24,945 nt of DNA, from the IMG/VR virus record IMGVR_UViG_3300047275_000379, positions 1 to 24,945 of that record. One strand, written 5' to 3'. Numbering within the stretch: the stretch's first letter is position 1; each line of letters begins with the position of its first letter. The translations under genes were made by a program, and so were the position numbers. This stretch comes from a virus (Duplodnaviria > Caudoviricetes). Below, one piece after another: positions 9,400 through 18,288 of the stretch. Below the pieces are notes generated by a model. That model was not told the DNA's origin, did no database searches, and saw only the letters and a list, made by a program, of their open reading frames with translations.

Positions 9400-9567
9400 T
9401 TACATCATCTCCATAGTTAAGAGTGCTCCAGATACATTACTAGAAAGCAACTCTGTAGGCTGGGGGTCAAGGACAAGCACCCATTTGGCGCCATCGTAAA
9501 CCCATGTGCGTTCCCCGACTGTGTAGGTCTGGTTGTTAGTTGGGCTGTTGGGAAAATCAATTGCCAT
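9400..9567 (-). CDS. Small tail-associated protein, 55 aa (MAIDFPNSPTNNQTYTVGERTWVYDGAKW...)
   Basis: Not in the track. The DFP.SP...Y.....W.YDG..W motif is typical of fibre N-termini. Coupled to both neighbours. Confidence 0.8.
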   Translation of the reverse strand: MAIDFPNSPTNNQTYTVGERTWVYDGAKWVLVLDPQPTELLSSNVSGALLTMEMM

Positions 9568-9857
9568 TATTCAGCCTCCTCTGTGCTCGCTAACCAGGGT
9601 GCTGCTGCGATAACTTCCATATTCCTTTCAACCGCTGTCTTCCACGCACACTGCATAACTATGAAATCTTTGTCTGCGGGTATTTCGCTAATCGACGGGT
9701 CGCTAGACATACGATTAATTTCGGAAACAAAAATATCATCAATGATTCGATTGGCATATTGATTAACCATGCCTTCAACCCATTCAATAGGGTCAGGAGT
9801 AGAGATGGTCATTGCTTTCCATTGAGCATCAGTTACTTGAATAGTTATTTCGTGCAT
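9567..9857 (-). CDS. Hypothetical protein, likely fibre chaperone
   Basis: Directly follows the C1q-tipped fibre gene. Confidence 0.7.
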   Translation of the reverse strand: MHEITIQVTDAQWKAMTISTPDPIEWVEGMVNQYANRIIDDIFVSEINRMSSDPSISEIPADKDFIVMQCAWKTAVERNMEVIAAAPWLASTEEAE

Positions 9858-9860
9858 GTG

Positions 9861-11996
9861 TCACCCAACCATATGGATAGAAAAACGAGCAAATTGAAAA
9901 CGAACAGAGTTTTGATTATTGATGCCAACACGTACGTACTGACCAGCGCCAAGGTAGAAAGTTCCTGCAATTGAGGTTCCGTCATCATTACCAGTCGTTG
10001 GCGGCTTGAAGTAACTAACGTAAGCGCCGTCAGGTGTGGCACCGTCAATCTGGAAATATGCTCCGTAATAGTAGCCAGCGGTATGGCTAATAATACCCCA
10101 CATGAAAGTGCAGTGGTAATACCCAGCGACTGGGGCGTAGAAGTTCTGGTATGCCCCCGTTCCACTAGTTGGCATACACGAGCGATTATTTAATGGTATT
10201 TGAGTTGCCGTAAATACGCCGTTGGTGATTGCACTATGTCCGTCAACATAGCCGCAGTAAGCACGCATTGCTGGAATTCCAGGGTTAGCCAGAATTGACG
10301 TGCCCCAACCAATGTCTCGCCCAACGTAAATAGTATTGGCAGGTCCGTCATAGTACATGCTTGAGGCAAGACGGGTGCCACCATCATGTACTACGTGCTC
10401 AAAACGGTCACTACAGTTTTGCAAAATACCTGCGCTCATGACCGAAGGCCACGTTCCTGGAGTAAAGTGCATATCCGCAGACGTGTTGCCTAATTCAATA
10501 GCGCCGTCCTGCATTCCTGCGTTATATTTACCACCAGCGCCAAGAGTCGCCTTAGATGTAGAAATTGTTCCCGTAAATGTAGGAGATTGAAGCGGTGCTT
10601 TAAGTAGTAAATCAGAAGTTAGATTAGAAATTTTACTTTGAGCAATTTGAGCGTTTGCGGCAATGTTGGCATTAACAATGGTTTCATTCGCAATCTTTGC
10701 AGCAGTAACCGACCCGTCAGGAAGCGATCCTGCGCCACCAATTTCGACCCAATACGAGTCGTAGTATACAAACGTTTGACCAGTGTCAGACTTGTACCAT
10801 AGGTCTCCAACTTCAGGTGAAACTGGGGCCGTATCGTTTACGGTAACGGACGAGCCGCCTGCTGAAGCAGCCACCCACAGTGACCCGTTGTAGGTCAGCA
10901 CATCCCCAGCGTTGGGGGAGGGCAACGAGACGTTGTGGAGTTCGTCTAGTTCATATCCGTTCTGGGTAGCAACGTAGATGATGCCATTGTTAGTTGCCCG
11001 AACGACAACACCAATAAACACCAAATGATCGGGGGCTGTTGGCTTTGTTGTGGTGAAGGCGCCGTTTTCGCCAAGCCACAGAATGTCACCTGCGGTGTAC
11101 CCCACCGAAAGGTCGATACCATCTACGTAACCACGGGTAACAATGGGGCCATTTTCACTTGCAAGTATGTTGGCCCCAGCAACACCAATCGTCTTGGACG
11201 ACGTGGTGTCAGAATTATTATCTGCACGCTTTACAGTTGCGTGGTCCCCCGTAGCCCCAAACAGGTACACACAGGTGCCTGTGGTGATGGTGGTTGCTTC
11301 GGCGTTGCGAACATAAGAGACAAGAGGAATGTGGCTGTTGACCCAGTTAGCGCCGTTGTACGACAGCCCTTGGAACTCTTCGGGGGCCGTAATGACCACA
11401 TCGGTCAACCCGTCCAGCGGGATAGCCACGTTGTCGCCTGTAACGGCGGCGTAGATCGCCACACGCACGCTGTCAGCGGCTGGCGGAGTGCCGAAGTTGA
11501 AAGTAACTACAGAAGTGCTAGTGGCTTCCCATTGAACGTCAATGACTTCATAAGGAGAGGTAGCGCCCCGTACCTGCACGAACACGTCACGGGTATTTAG
11601 GTTGTGTGTAACAGCAAACGTAGTGCTGGCCCCGTTACCGATGGTGGTGACGTATGTACTGCCAGCAGCGCCCCCAGTAGCATTGCCTGGGGTGAACTTA
11701 GTACCGTCAAAGACAAGGGTATTACCAGTAGACGCACCGTTGGTAGTAATCTGGTATGACTCAACGGTCAAGCCACCTGTAGCGACAAAATAGTCGTCAG
11801 TCTGAAGAACGTTGGCTAGTTGGCGGTAAAGGTTCGTGTCGCCAGCATTAATGCCGTCGCCCCAAGTGAGTTTGCCACCTGCGTCAATACGAAGACGTGA
11901 AGCGCTGGCGCTGTCTGTGGTAGCAGATATTTCGACTGCTGCGTCTGAAGGGCTAGTGAAGCCCCTCAATTTGAGAAGATTTAGAAACTTTGCCAT
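9861..11996 (-). CDS. Long tail fibre protein with C-terminal C1q/TNF-like head
   Basis: Start MAKFLN at 11996 (SD GAGG). THNLNTRDV module, APVSPEVGDLWY module, and C-terminal FYAPVAGYYH...FYLGAGQYVRV (gC1q signature). Confidence 0.85.
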   Translation of the reverse strand: MAKFLNLLKLRGFTSPSDAAVEISATTDSASASRLRIDAGGKLTWGDGINAGDTNLYRQLANVLQTDDYFVATGGLTVESYQITTNGASTGNTLVFDGTKFTPGNATGGAAGSTYVTTIGNGASTTFAVTHNLNTRDVFVQVRGATSPYEVIDVQWEATSTSVVTFNFGTPPAADSVRVAIYAAVTGDNVAIPLDGLTDVVITAPEEFQGLSYNGANWVNSHIPLVSYVRNAEATTITTGTCVYLFGATGDHATVKRADNNSDTTSSKTIGVAGANILASENGPIVTRGYVDGIDLSVGYTAGDILWLGENGAFTTTKPTAPDHLVFIGVVVRATNNGIIYVATQNGYELDELHNVSLPSPNAGDVLTYNGSLWVAASAGGSSVTVNDTAPVSPEVGDLWYKSDTGQTFVYYDSYWVEIGGAGSLPDGSVTAAKIANETIVNANIAANAQIAQSKISNLTSDLLLKAPLQSPTFTGTISTSKATLGAGGKYNAGMQDGAIELGNTSADMHFTPGTWPSVMSAGILQNCSDRFEHVVHDGGTRLASSMYYDGPANTIYVGRDIGWGTSILANPGIPAMRAYCGYVDGHSAITNGVFTATQIPLNNRSCMPTSGTGAYQNFYAPVAGYYHCTFMWGIISHTAGYYYGAYFQIDGATPDGAYVSYFKPPTTGNDDGTSIAGTFYLGAGQYVRVGINNQNSVRFQFARFSIHMVG

Positions 11997-12043
11997 TGGC
12001 CTCAACCAAGACTTTCAATTGTTGGAACCCCTCAGGGTACCAA

Positions 12044-13375
12044 TTATGCGATGATTACTGCGTAGTATGTGTCGTTTGCTGGGATCGTGGAACCAAATGA
12101 AAAAGTGACGTGACCTGTAGAGCGATCAACACTTACATCAGGGTACACCTGTTCATTGGTACTTGATTCATAAACCGAAATTACAAACCCCGAACGTCCA
12201 TCACCTGTTGGTTCGTAAGTAAGCGTATGAATGTAGGAGTACACAACATAAGAGGAGGACCCCGCACCTTGAAGGTTCCCAACCCATTTACGCTTATTCC
12301 ATTTTGGGCGAGTATTAGTGTAGTCCCACCCAATGTAAAGAGTGTCAATACCACTACTAATGACAGGAGCCAAGTAAGCAGTACTAGCGCTACCGTTAGT
12401 GGCCTGATACGGGATTACGCCTGCGGAGGCACCTGCGAGGCTGGAGGCATAGGCAGCAGTACCCGTGTAGTTGGTAGCCGACAGAACTTCAGTACCATTA
12501 ATCTTGATGACGTACCCAGAACCAAGGTCGATGTTTTGGTTGAATGTCCACGAATCCGTGAGGTCAACCCACAGGATTGTTTTGTCGGTAGTGCCCTTAA
12601 GGGTAATACCACCGCCGTCAGCGGTCAGATCGGTCGGGGTAGCCGTAGAACCAAGTTCAAGGTTCTTGTCATCAACAGTGACAGTAGTGCTGTTGATGGT
12701 CGTGAGCGTGCCGTCGACGGTCAGGTTCCCAGCAACCGAGAGGTTTCCAGGGATAACAACGCCTGTGGAAGCGCCACCAATCGTGATCGTTCCTGCGGTT
12801 GCTCCAGTGGAAGCGCCAATATTAATTGTGGGAACGTACGACGCAAAGTTAAGGGTGGAGATGGTTCCAGAACCGTGGTTTCCTTGGATGAGGTTGAACG
12901 AGTTGTCGACAATACTTCCGACACCTGCGATACCGTTGTAAATAGAGGGGTTGTAGTTAAATACTGCTACGGCGTTGGCTTCATACCCTGTCTCGTCAGA
13001 AAGTACAGTCGCCAATTCAGCAGAAGTTGTGCTGGCAAACTGGTTAAGACTAGAGGTGGTTACGGCGACGTTAGTGATTGCTCCAGACGCACCGTTGACA
13101 CTGGACACGTATGAAGTATTGAGGCTCCAGGTGTTGGTACCCGTACGGCTCAGAACACCAGTACCTGTAAGAGATGCAATAGCATCAAGGTCGGGGTCCA
13201 TCGCACCGATGGTGACCCACGCTGACCCGTTGTAGTAACGAATGACGTTACCAACGGCGGTATCAAAATAGATCTGACCAGCAACTGGGCTACCAGGCTC
13301 AGTTCCAAGGTTCTGCAACCGAACGTTACGAAGTTCGTTCTTGTTGAGATCAATGTTATTTAGAAACTTTGCCAT
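12044..13375 (-). CDS. Tail fibre/structural protein
   Basis: GNLTVDGTLTTINSTTVTVDDKNLEL...ADGGGITL motif of phage fibres. First 18 nt (MAKFLN) identical to those of 9861-11996. Confidence 0.85.
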   Translation of the reverse strand: MAKFLNNIDLNKNELRNVRLQNLGTEPGSPVAGQIYFDTAVGNVIRYYNGSAWVTIGAMDPDLDAIASLTGTGVLSRTGTNTWSLNTSYVSSVNGASGAITNVAVTTSSLNQFASTTSAELATVLSDETGYEANAVAVFNYNPSIYNGIAGVGSIVDNSFNLIQGNHGSGTISTLNFASYVPTINIGASTGATAGTITIGGASTGVVIPGNLSVAGNLTVDGTLTTINSTTVTVDDKNLELGSTATPTDLTADGGGITLKGTTDKTILWVDLTDSWTFNQNIDLGSGYVIKINGTEVLSATNYTGTAAYASSLAGASAGVIPYQATNGSASTAYLAPVISSGIDTLYIGWDYTNTRPKWNKRKWVGNLQGAGSSSYVVYSYIHTLTYEPTGDGRSGFVISVYESSTNEQVYPDVSVDRSTGHVTFSFGSTIPANDTYYAVIIA

Positions 13376-13382
13376 CTAGCCC

Positions 13383-13811
13383 TCAGGAAAGGTAAGCCTT
13401 CCCGCCAAAAGCGACGGAAAAGGAGACGATTAATTCATTCGTTGACACATATGTTACATCACCTACAACGGCTGAATCGGCGCTGTCTACGACAGTCACT
13501 GACGGGTGGTATCCAAGATTGTGGACAATTGTCCACGTAGTAGAAGGTGCACTCTGGGTATGGGTGTAGACCCCGCCAATTGGGAGCACAAAGTTGAGAA
13601 CTTGGGCAGGGGCAACACCAGTAATGGTGACCTGTGCCTCCAACCCCTCGGTAACTGTGCCAATAGATAGGGTGTTAGGGGGACCCGCAACGCCTGGATC
13701 GTGAACCTCTAGAGTCTGCTCAAGAGGGGCTACTACAGTAGAAACGTTCTTCTGCTGCGTTACTGTTATATAACGATTAGGTGTTTTAGTTACTTCAACT
13801 GTTTTGCTCAT
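13383..13811 (-). CDS. Minor tail protein
   Basis: GVAGPP..LSIGTVT...LNFVLP and YTHTQSAPSTTWTIVHNLGYHPSVTVVD modules. Confidence 0.8.
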   Translation of the reverse strand: MSKTVEVTKTPNRYITVTQQKNVSTVVAPLEQTLEVHDPGVAGPPNTLSIGTVTEGLEAQVTITGVAPAQVLNFVLPIGGVYTHTQSAPSTTWTIVHNLGYHPSVTVVDSADSAVVGDVTYVSTNELIVSFSVAFGGKAYLS

Positions 13812-14521
13812 GCAGGCGGCGAGGAGATAGCGGCCTCAACTACAACGTTGCCTGAAGCCAAGCAATCCCAGTCGCCTGCTGAGTCCTGAACGAATAGGTC
13901 GAAGTTATAGGAACCCGCTGGAACGGTGTTCTTATCCGAGATGTGCATCTCCATGGTGGCTCCTGTTGCGGGTGCGAGATAGCCACGCCGTTCTCCTGCG
14001 AGACCAGCAATAGTGGCTTCTGATGGAACAGTTGAGTACCAACGAAGGTCAAGCACAGTAGTGCCCGAAGATGTCTTTGCCTGCATGTAGGCGTTCTGAA
14101 TCGAAAGGATGTCACCGTCAGTATCACGCCACGTAAAGGTGCGACGGTAATCCGCATTCTTCTTAAATCGGACTTCCATCGCTTGTGCATCCTCCAACGG
14201 GGTAACTGTGTCAAGTGCGCTTACGGTAATTGTACCTTTTGCTACTGGTCGCTGAATGCCATTAACAGTAGCAAGAACGTCATATTCAAGGCTTCCCAAC
14301 GGGAGATCTTGGGTCTCTTCGCCTGTCAAAGAAAGCATGATGCCGTTTTCACGAGTGATGCTTGTAGTTATTTCAAGTTTTGACAGGGTTCCCGTTTTAA
14401 CGTATGCCCGTGAGTCAGTTGGGGTAAGTAATCGGTGGTTGTAGTTATTCTTGAGAATAATCAAACGTTCCCAAGGAAGACCCCTAGTCATCGTGTAATT
14501 GATTGTGGCTGTACTAGGCAT
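13808..14521 (-). CDS. Structural adaptor with two tandem Ig-like (BppU-like) domains
   Basis: Two similar halves ending LEYDVL...KGTITV and YNFDLF...SGNVVV. Leaderless -10 TAAACT at 14528-14533. Confidence 0.7.
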   Translation of the reverse strand: MPSTATINYTMTRGLPWERLIILKNNYNHRLLTPTDSRAYVKTGTLSKLEITTSITRENGIMLSLTGEETQDLPLGSLEYDVLATVNGIQRPVAKGTITVSALDTVTPLEDAQAMEVRFKKNADYRRTFTWRDTDGDILSIQNAYMQAKTSSGTTVLDLRWYSTVPSEATIAGLAGERRGYLAPATGATMEMHISDKNTVPAGSYNFDLFVQDSAGDWDCLASGNVVVEAAISSPPA

Positions 14522-14545
14522 GTCCCCAGTTTACTTCAGATACGG

Positions 14546-14713
14546 TTACTCGTCTTTCTTCAGGAGTACACCAATAAGGTGGATTCCCAAAGCAATCACG
14601 CTGATCCAGATACCATAGGTCTGCACCTGCCCCGAAAGGGTGATGAGAACCATCCCAGTACCCGCAAGCGTCCACGCAAGGGCATGGGCTTCGTTGAGCA
14701 GTTTCTTAAACAC
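14546..14713 (-). CDS. Small two-TM membrane protein, 55 aa (MFKKLLNEAHALAWTLAGTGMVLITLSG...)
   Basis: Not in the track. GTG overlaps the upstream TAG. Two hydrophobic helices and a charged tail. Confidence 0.8.
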   Translation of the reverse strand: MFKKLLNEAHALAWTLAGTGMVLITLSGQVQTYGIWISVIALGIHLIGVLLKKDE

Positions 14714-16101
14714 TATTTCCTTCCTCTGCGGCTTTGCCGCTTCTCATTGGAACCTGTGGACTCACCGCTCGTGGAACCGCTCGGGCTACCGCCAGAGCCA
14801 CCGCTGGGGCCTCCCGTAGGGGCAGGTGGCGGTGAAGTTGAAATAGTTGGTGCTACAAATAATACACCTGTTGCTGCAATGATTACTTTACGAGTCTTGA
14901 CGTTGACCACGGACCCAACTGGGACATAGGTCTCAAACTTGGTATCAAAGATGTTGACGCTGTCTTCAAACTCTTCTCGCACTTCTTCCGAAGCACCTTG
15001 AACGGCTGTGACAAGTTGTTCTGCTTGCTCTGTGGATAACTCTCCAACGTCGATTGACTCAAAGATCTGAGCAGCCTGCTCTGGGGTAACTTCCTGAATA
15101 ACCTCTGAACTGACCGCCAGTTCCAAAGCCTCTGTTGGGTCTAACTCAGGTAGCACCTCAGGCAACGTTGTAGTGGGTGGTACAGTGGTAGGACCCACCT
15201 GCTCGTTTCGACGGTCAGGCTCGCTTGAGGTGGTGGTCGTTGGGACCACCACCTCGGGCTGTGTAGTTGCCACAGGTCGCATCGGAATTTGTTCCGTTGT
15301 GGTTGTGACATTTGGAACTTTTACAGTCGTGGAGGTAGTAGTTGAAGAAGTTGTCGTCGTTGGCGGGAGCGTCGTTGTTGGCTCTGGGACTGTGGTGGTA
15401 TCGGCAACAGTCGAAGATGTGGGAGAAGTTGACTCGGGGACATCGGGTGGAGTAGTCGATGTTGGGGGTAATTCTGACGTTGTCGTTGTTGGTTCTGGCA
15501 CTGTACTTATTGGAAGAGCATCTGTAGATGTTGTCGTTGATTCGGGAACTGTTGTGGGAGTTTCCGTGGTGGGCACTACTGTTGTCGTGGTTGATGTTGT
15601 TATGGTTGTAGGTTCCTGAGTTGTAGTAGTTTCTTGCACCGCAGTGCTTGTTGTGGTCGTGGTTTCTTGCACTGTGGTGCTTGTTGTGGTCGCTACCCCA
15701 CCTACAACCGTAAAGTTGGTATCAATTTGATACGAAGTGCCGTACCAGCGGTTGGGGTCCCCGCAGCACACACCTGTCCGCAAACGGTATTCCCCTGGTT
15801 GAAGAGTGATTGAGATGTAAGAGTCCAGCCCGAAGTAGTCATCATTTTGGGCAAGATTTTGGTCAAGATCTTGACCATTGCTGCCGTACAGCCACAACAT
15901 GCTGTCAATTCCGTACTGCTGGGCGTATGCACGCACAGTGAACACCTGTGTCTCGGACACGGTGAAGTAAAAGTCATGAGCGCCAACGGTTGTATACAGT
16001 TCAGCCGATGCTGGCTGGGGCAAGAAAAGCGCTATGTTGAGAACTAGTGGCAGAAGAGCAATTGGGCGACGAATGATCCTACGAAAACTCAGTCGGGGCA
16101 A
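14713..16101 (-). CDS. Exported membrane-anchored protein: signal peptide, PPC-like beta domain, Thr/Pro-rich stalk, acidic helical domain, C-terminal hydrophobic segment
   Basis: Basic-hydrophobic-ASA signal. DSMLWLY...AQNDD...DSYISITLQPGEYRL. Long TTTT/PE linker. VIIAATGVLFVAP. TTG start with SD GGAAGG. Confidence 0.8.
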   Translation of the reverse strand: MPRLSFRRIIRRPIALLPLVLNIALFLPQPASAELYTTVGAHDFYFTVSETQVFTVRAYAQQYGIDSMLWLYGSNGQDLDQNLAQNDDYFGLDSYISITLQPGEYRLRTGVCCGDPNRWYGTSYQIDTNFTVVGGVATTTSTTVQETTTTTSTAVQETTTTQEPTTITTSTTTTVVPTTETPTTVPESTTTSTDALPISTVPEPTTTTSELPPTSTTPPDVPESTSPTSSTVADTTTVPEPTTTLPPTTTTSSTTTSTTVKVPNVTTTTEQIPMRPVATTQPEVVVPTTTTSSEPDRRNEQVGPTTVPPTTTLPEVLPELDPTEALELAVSSEVIQEVTPEQAAQIFESIDVGELSTEQAEQLVTAVQGASEEVREEFEDSVNIFDTKFETYVPVGSVVNVKTRKVIIAATGVLFVAPTISTSPPPAPTGGPSGGSGGSPSGSTSGESTGSNEKRQSRRGRK

Positions 16102-16150
16102 TTACGTCCTTCCGTGATTGCGGGTGCAAGAAGATTGTACCACTAGACAC

Positions 16151-16181
16151 AAAAGCGGGTCGCTCGCAAGCAACCCGCCTT
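16151..16181 (-). terminator. Intrinsic terminator-like hairpin
   Basis: AAGGCGGGUUGCU-UGCG-AGCGACCCGCUUUU. The G.U pairs form on the minus strand. Confidence 0.7.
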
Positions 16182-16207
16182 GGTGAGACTCGGTTATTAG
16201 TATACCA

Positions 16208-16441
16208 TTACAAAGAGGGAACGAGTCCTTTGGGCATCCCGTAGATTGCGTAGTGCACTCTTTTGATGACCTCTTCTTCGTCGTAACCAAGTTCATTAAG
16301 AACTGCCATTGCCAAATCCAATGACCCTACAACAACCGTAATGGCGTTCTTTACCTTGTGGGCAACTTGTTTAGGATCTAAGTTCTTGTCGCCATCAACG
16401 TTGTAAACCAGATGAGTTGTGATCCAATAGTTAGTGCTCAT
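16208..16441 (-). CDS. Hypothetical protein, 77 aa
   Basis: Abuts the upstream stop and ends before the terminator. Confidence 0.75.
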   Translation of the reverse strand: MSTNYWITTHLVYNVDGDKNLDPKQVAHKVKNAITVVVGSLDLAMAVLNELGYDEEEVIKRVHYAIYGMPKGLVPSL

Positions 16442-17017
16442 TTATTCCCCAATGACGTAGCGTGCTGGTAACTCCTGACCCTTGATTAAAGCAGCAGTAG
16501 CACGGTGGTGTCCAGACAACAACCGCATTTGACCAGTATTACGATGCACATAAACAAGTGGCATGTAGTTACCAACGTTGTCTTTGTCTGCATACAAGGG
16601 GCCGCTAGTGCCGTGTCTCAAATAGTGGCGTGTACCCTCCTTGGTTACCCAAGGCTGAGTAGCGTGCAACTTGCGTGGATCAAAGCCAAAGACATGTGTG
16701 GAAGGGGAAGACAACTCTTCATCTACAAGTGACTTATCATAAGACGGACCCGTACGAGATTTAGCGGCAGTTTGCCACGGAACTGTAGTTTTGTCTGCCG
16801 TTTCGTAACGCCACTCTTCTGGGTCGTCCCCAAGCCTTTCCGCTTGGGGCTTTCCGTAACGTTCAAACAAAGCGCTTTCACCTTGTTTGTTAAACAAGGA
16901 GTAAATAGTGTTAGATCCAAACGCTTTATGGGCTACGGGGTTAGTAGGACCTGAAAGGTCATAGGCCATGTCATAGAAGCGGTGAAGTTGCGCTTCGTTC
17001 AGATGTTCTTTTCTCAT
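16442..17017 (-). CDS. ParB/sulfiredoxin-fold protein
   Basis: LHATQPWV...PLVYVH...LLSGHHRATAAL motif. No HTH evident. Confidence 0.75.
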   Translation of the reverse strand: MRKEHLNEAQLHRFYDMAYDLSGPTNPVAHKAFGSNTIYSLFNKQGESALFERYGKPQAERLGDDPEEWRYETADKTTVPWQTAAKSRTGPSYDKSLVDEELSSPSTHVFGFDPRKLHATQPWVTKEGTRHYLRHGTSGPLYADKDNVGNYMPLVYVHRNTGQMRLLSGHHRATAALIKGQELPARYVIGE

Positions 17018-17018
17018 A

Positions 17019-17759
17019 CTAAAACTTCAGTTTAGGCTGCTTAGGCTTCTTCGCCTTCTTTTTCTTAGGCTCAGGAGGCATTTTGCCAACTTCGGTTGCC
17101 CAATCAGGAACATTGATGGGGGCGTTTGGTGGGAAGTCTCCTGCGTTCATGACATACGCATTCTGTGCGCGGGTCTCTGAAACCAGAGCGGGAAGCGCCT
17201 TCTTGCTAAACATCTGGGCATGGCTAGAGTACGCGGCTTCTTCACCGTGCTTGGAGAAGTCACGAGCCGTAGCCAAGTGTCCAAATGCGTCATGCACTGC
17301 ACGGAACATATCATTCTCTTCGTTAGAAAACAAGGAGTGCCCACCCGTGCTCTCAGTCGAAAGAATCTTGAGGCGACGATTCGTCTTGATGTCCTCTGCC
17401 ATCTCACGTGGGTGCTCGTAGGGGTTCTCGTGAGTAATCTCAACGGAGATTCCCAAACCACCCTGCTCCACTGGTGAGGTTAAATACTTGTATTGCTTAG
17501 GCACTTCGCGGCGCAAAGATTCATAACTACGCTCCATGCGCTTGGTCATAGGCTGACCGATGGCCCGACGAACTGCTGGGTATAGTGCGCTGTGGCTGTC
17601 ACCTGCACGAACATTCTCAAACTGAGCCGTATTGTGGGTACGCCCCAATTTCTCTGCCCACCGCTTTGCTCCCTCAGCGAGTTCAGGAACTGGGGCGTCG
17701 TAACGGCTGGTCCCTTGGCTCTTAGGGAACTCAAGTGGAAGTTCTGGTTGTTGAGCCAT
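17019..17759 (-). CDS. Phage protein with FRAVHDxFGH metal-binding (zincin-like) motif
   Basis: NDMFRAVHDAFGH...F...GEEAAY..H..MF...ETRAQN. TGATG coupling sets the start at 17759. Confidence 0.7.
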   Translation of the reverse strand: MAQQPELPLEFPKSQGTSRYDAPVPELAEGAKRWAEKLGRTHNTAQFENVRAGDSHSALYPAVRRAIGQPMTKRMERSYESLRREVPKQYKYLTSPVEQGGLGISVEITHENPYEHPREMAEDIKTNRRLKILSTESTGGHSLFSNEENDMFRAVHDAFGHLATARDFSKHGEEAAYSSHAQMFSKKALPALVSETRAQNAYVMNAGDFPPNAPINVPDWATEVGKMPPEPKKKKAKKPKQPKLKF

Positions 17760-17884
17760 CAGTAAACTCCTTCGCAGCAGGCGTCTCGCTGCCCACACTC
17801 ACAACAGCGGTAATGGGCGTGTTCTGGTTTCATTTCTCCTCCGCACCACACGCATTGCTCGGAAGTATCTTTGGAGTCTGTCAT
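17759..17884 (-). CDS. Small Cys-rich zinc-ribbon protein, 41 aa
   Basis: Not in the track. MTDSKDTSEQCVWCGGEMKPEHAHYRCCECGQRDACCEGVY. Overlaps both neighbours. Confidence 0.8.
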   Translation of the reverse strand: MTDSKDTSEQCVWCGGEMKPEHAHYRCCECGQRDACCEGVY

Positions 17885-18039
17885 TTCGTCACGTCCAGCG
17901 TGACAACCCATGAGGTATCAGCAAGTCTTTCAACTTGCATAGTCATGGTGTTTTTGAACCCATGGGTAAGGGCAGTCGATTTAGCGATTTTGATCGCTTC
18001 ATCCTGAGTCCAAGTGTGCACGGGGTATTTGACAATCAC
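17881..18039 (-). CDS. Hypothetical protein, 52 aa
   Basis: GTGA overlap with the upstream stop. Confidence 0.65.
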   Translation of the reverse strand: MIVKYPVHTWTQDEAIKIAKSTALTHGFKNTMTMQVERLADTSWVVTLDVTK

Positions 18040-18278
18040 GGCTGCGGCTCTACCCTGACAGACCACGTGTTAAGGGACGCCCTGCTCGGGGTGTCCCCAA
18101 TAGACACATCAAGATCACAGTGAGAGTTGTCGACAACAATTAGGCCCTTCGTCATCGGAATAGCCTTTTTGATTGTGCCCAGTGCTTCTAGTGCCAGAAG
18201 TTCAGTCAATTCACTGAGTACGGCGTTAGTTACCTGAATGGCCTTAACTAATAAGTAAACACGGATACGTGCCAGCAT
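18036..18278 (-). CDS. Hypothetical protein, 80 aa (MLARIRVYLL...)
   Basis: ATG at 18278 follows the upstream stop. TAGTGT lies 7 nt upstream. Confidence 0.55.
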   Translation of the reverse strand: MLARIRVYLLVKAIQVTNAVLSELTELLALEALGTIKKAIPMTKGLIVVDNSHCDLDVSIGDTPSRASLNTWSVRVEPQP

Positions 18279-18288
18279 TGAAGTAACA

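Noticed and set aside
5028-12005. Diversity-generating retroelement acting on fibre tips
   Set aside because: No reverse transcriptase in the window and no adenine-variant repeat pair noticed.
12021-12042. Small hairpin between the two MAKFLN genes
   Set aside because: Short, interrupted stem with no U tract. Insufficient to assign a function.
15170-15700. Repetitive GTT/GTG tract as CRISPR or tandem DNA repeat
   Set aside because: It is the reverse complement of Thr-rich codons. There is no repeat-spacer periodicity.
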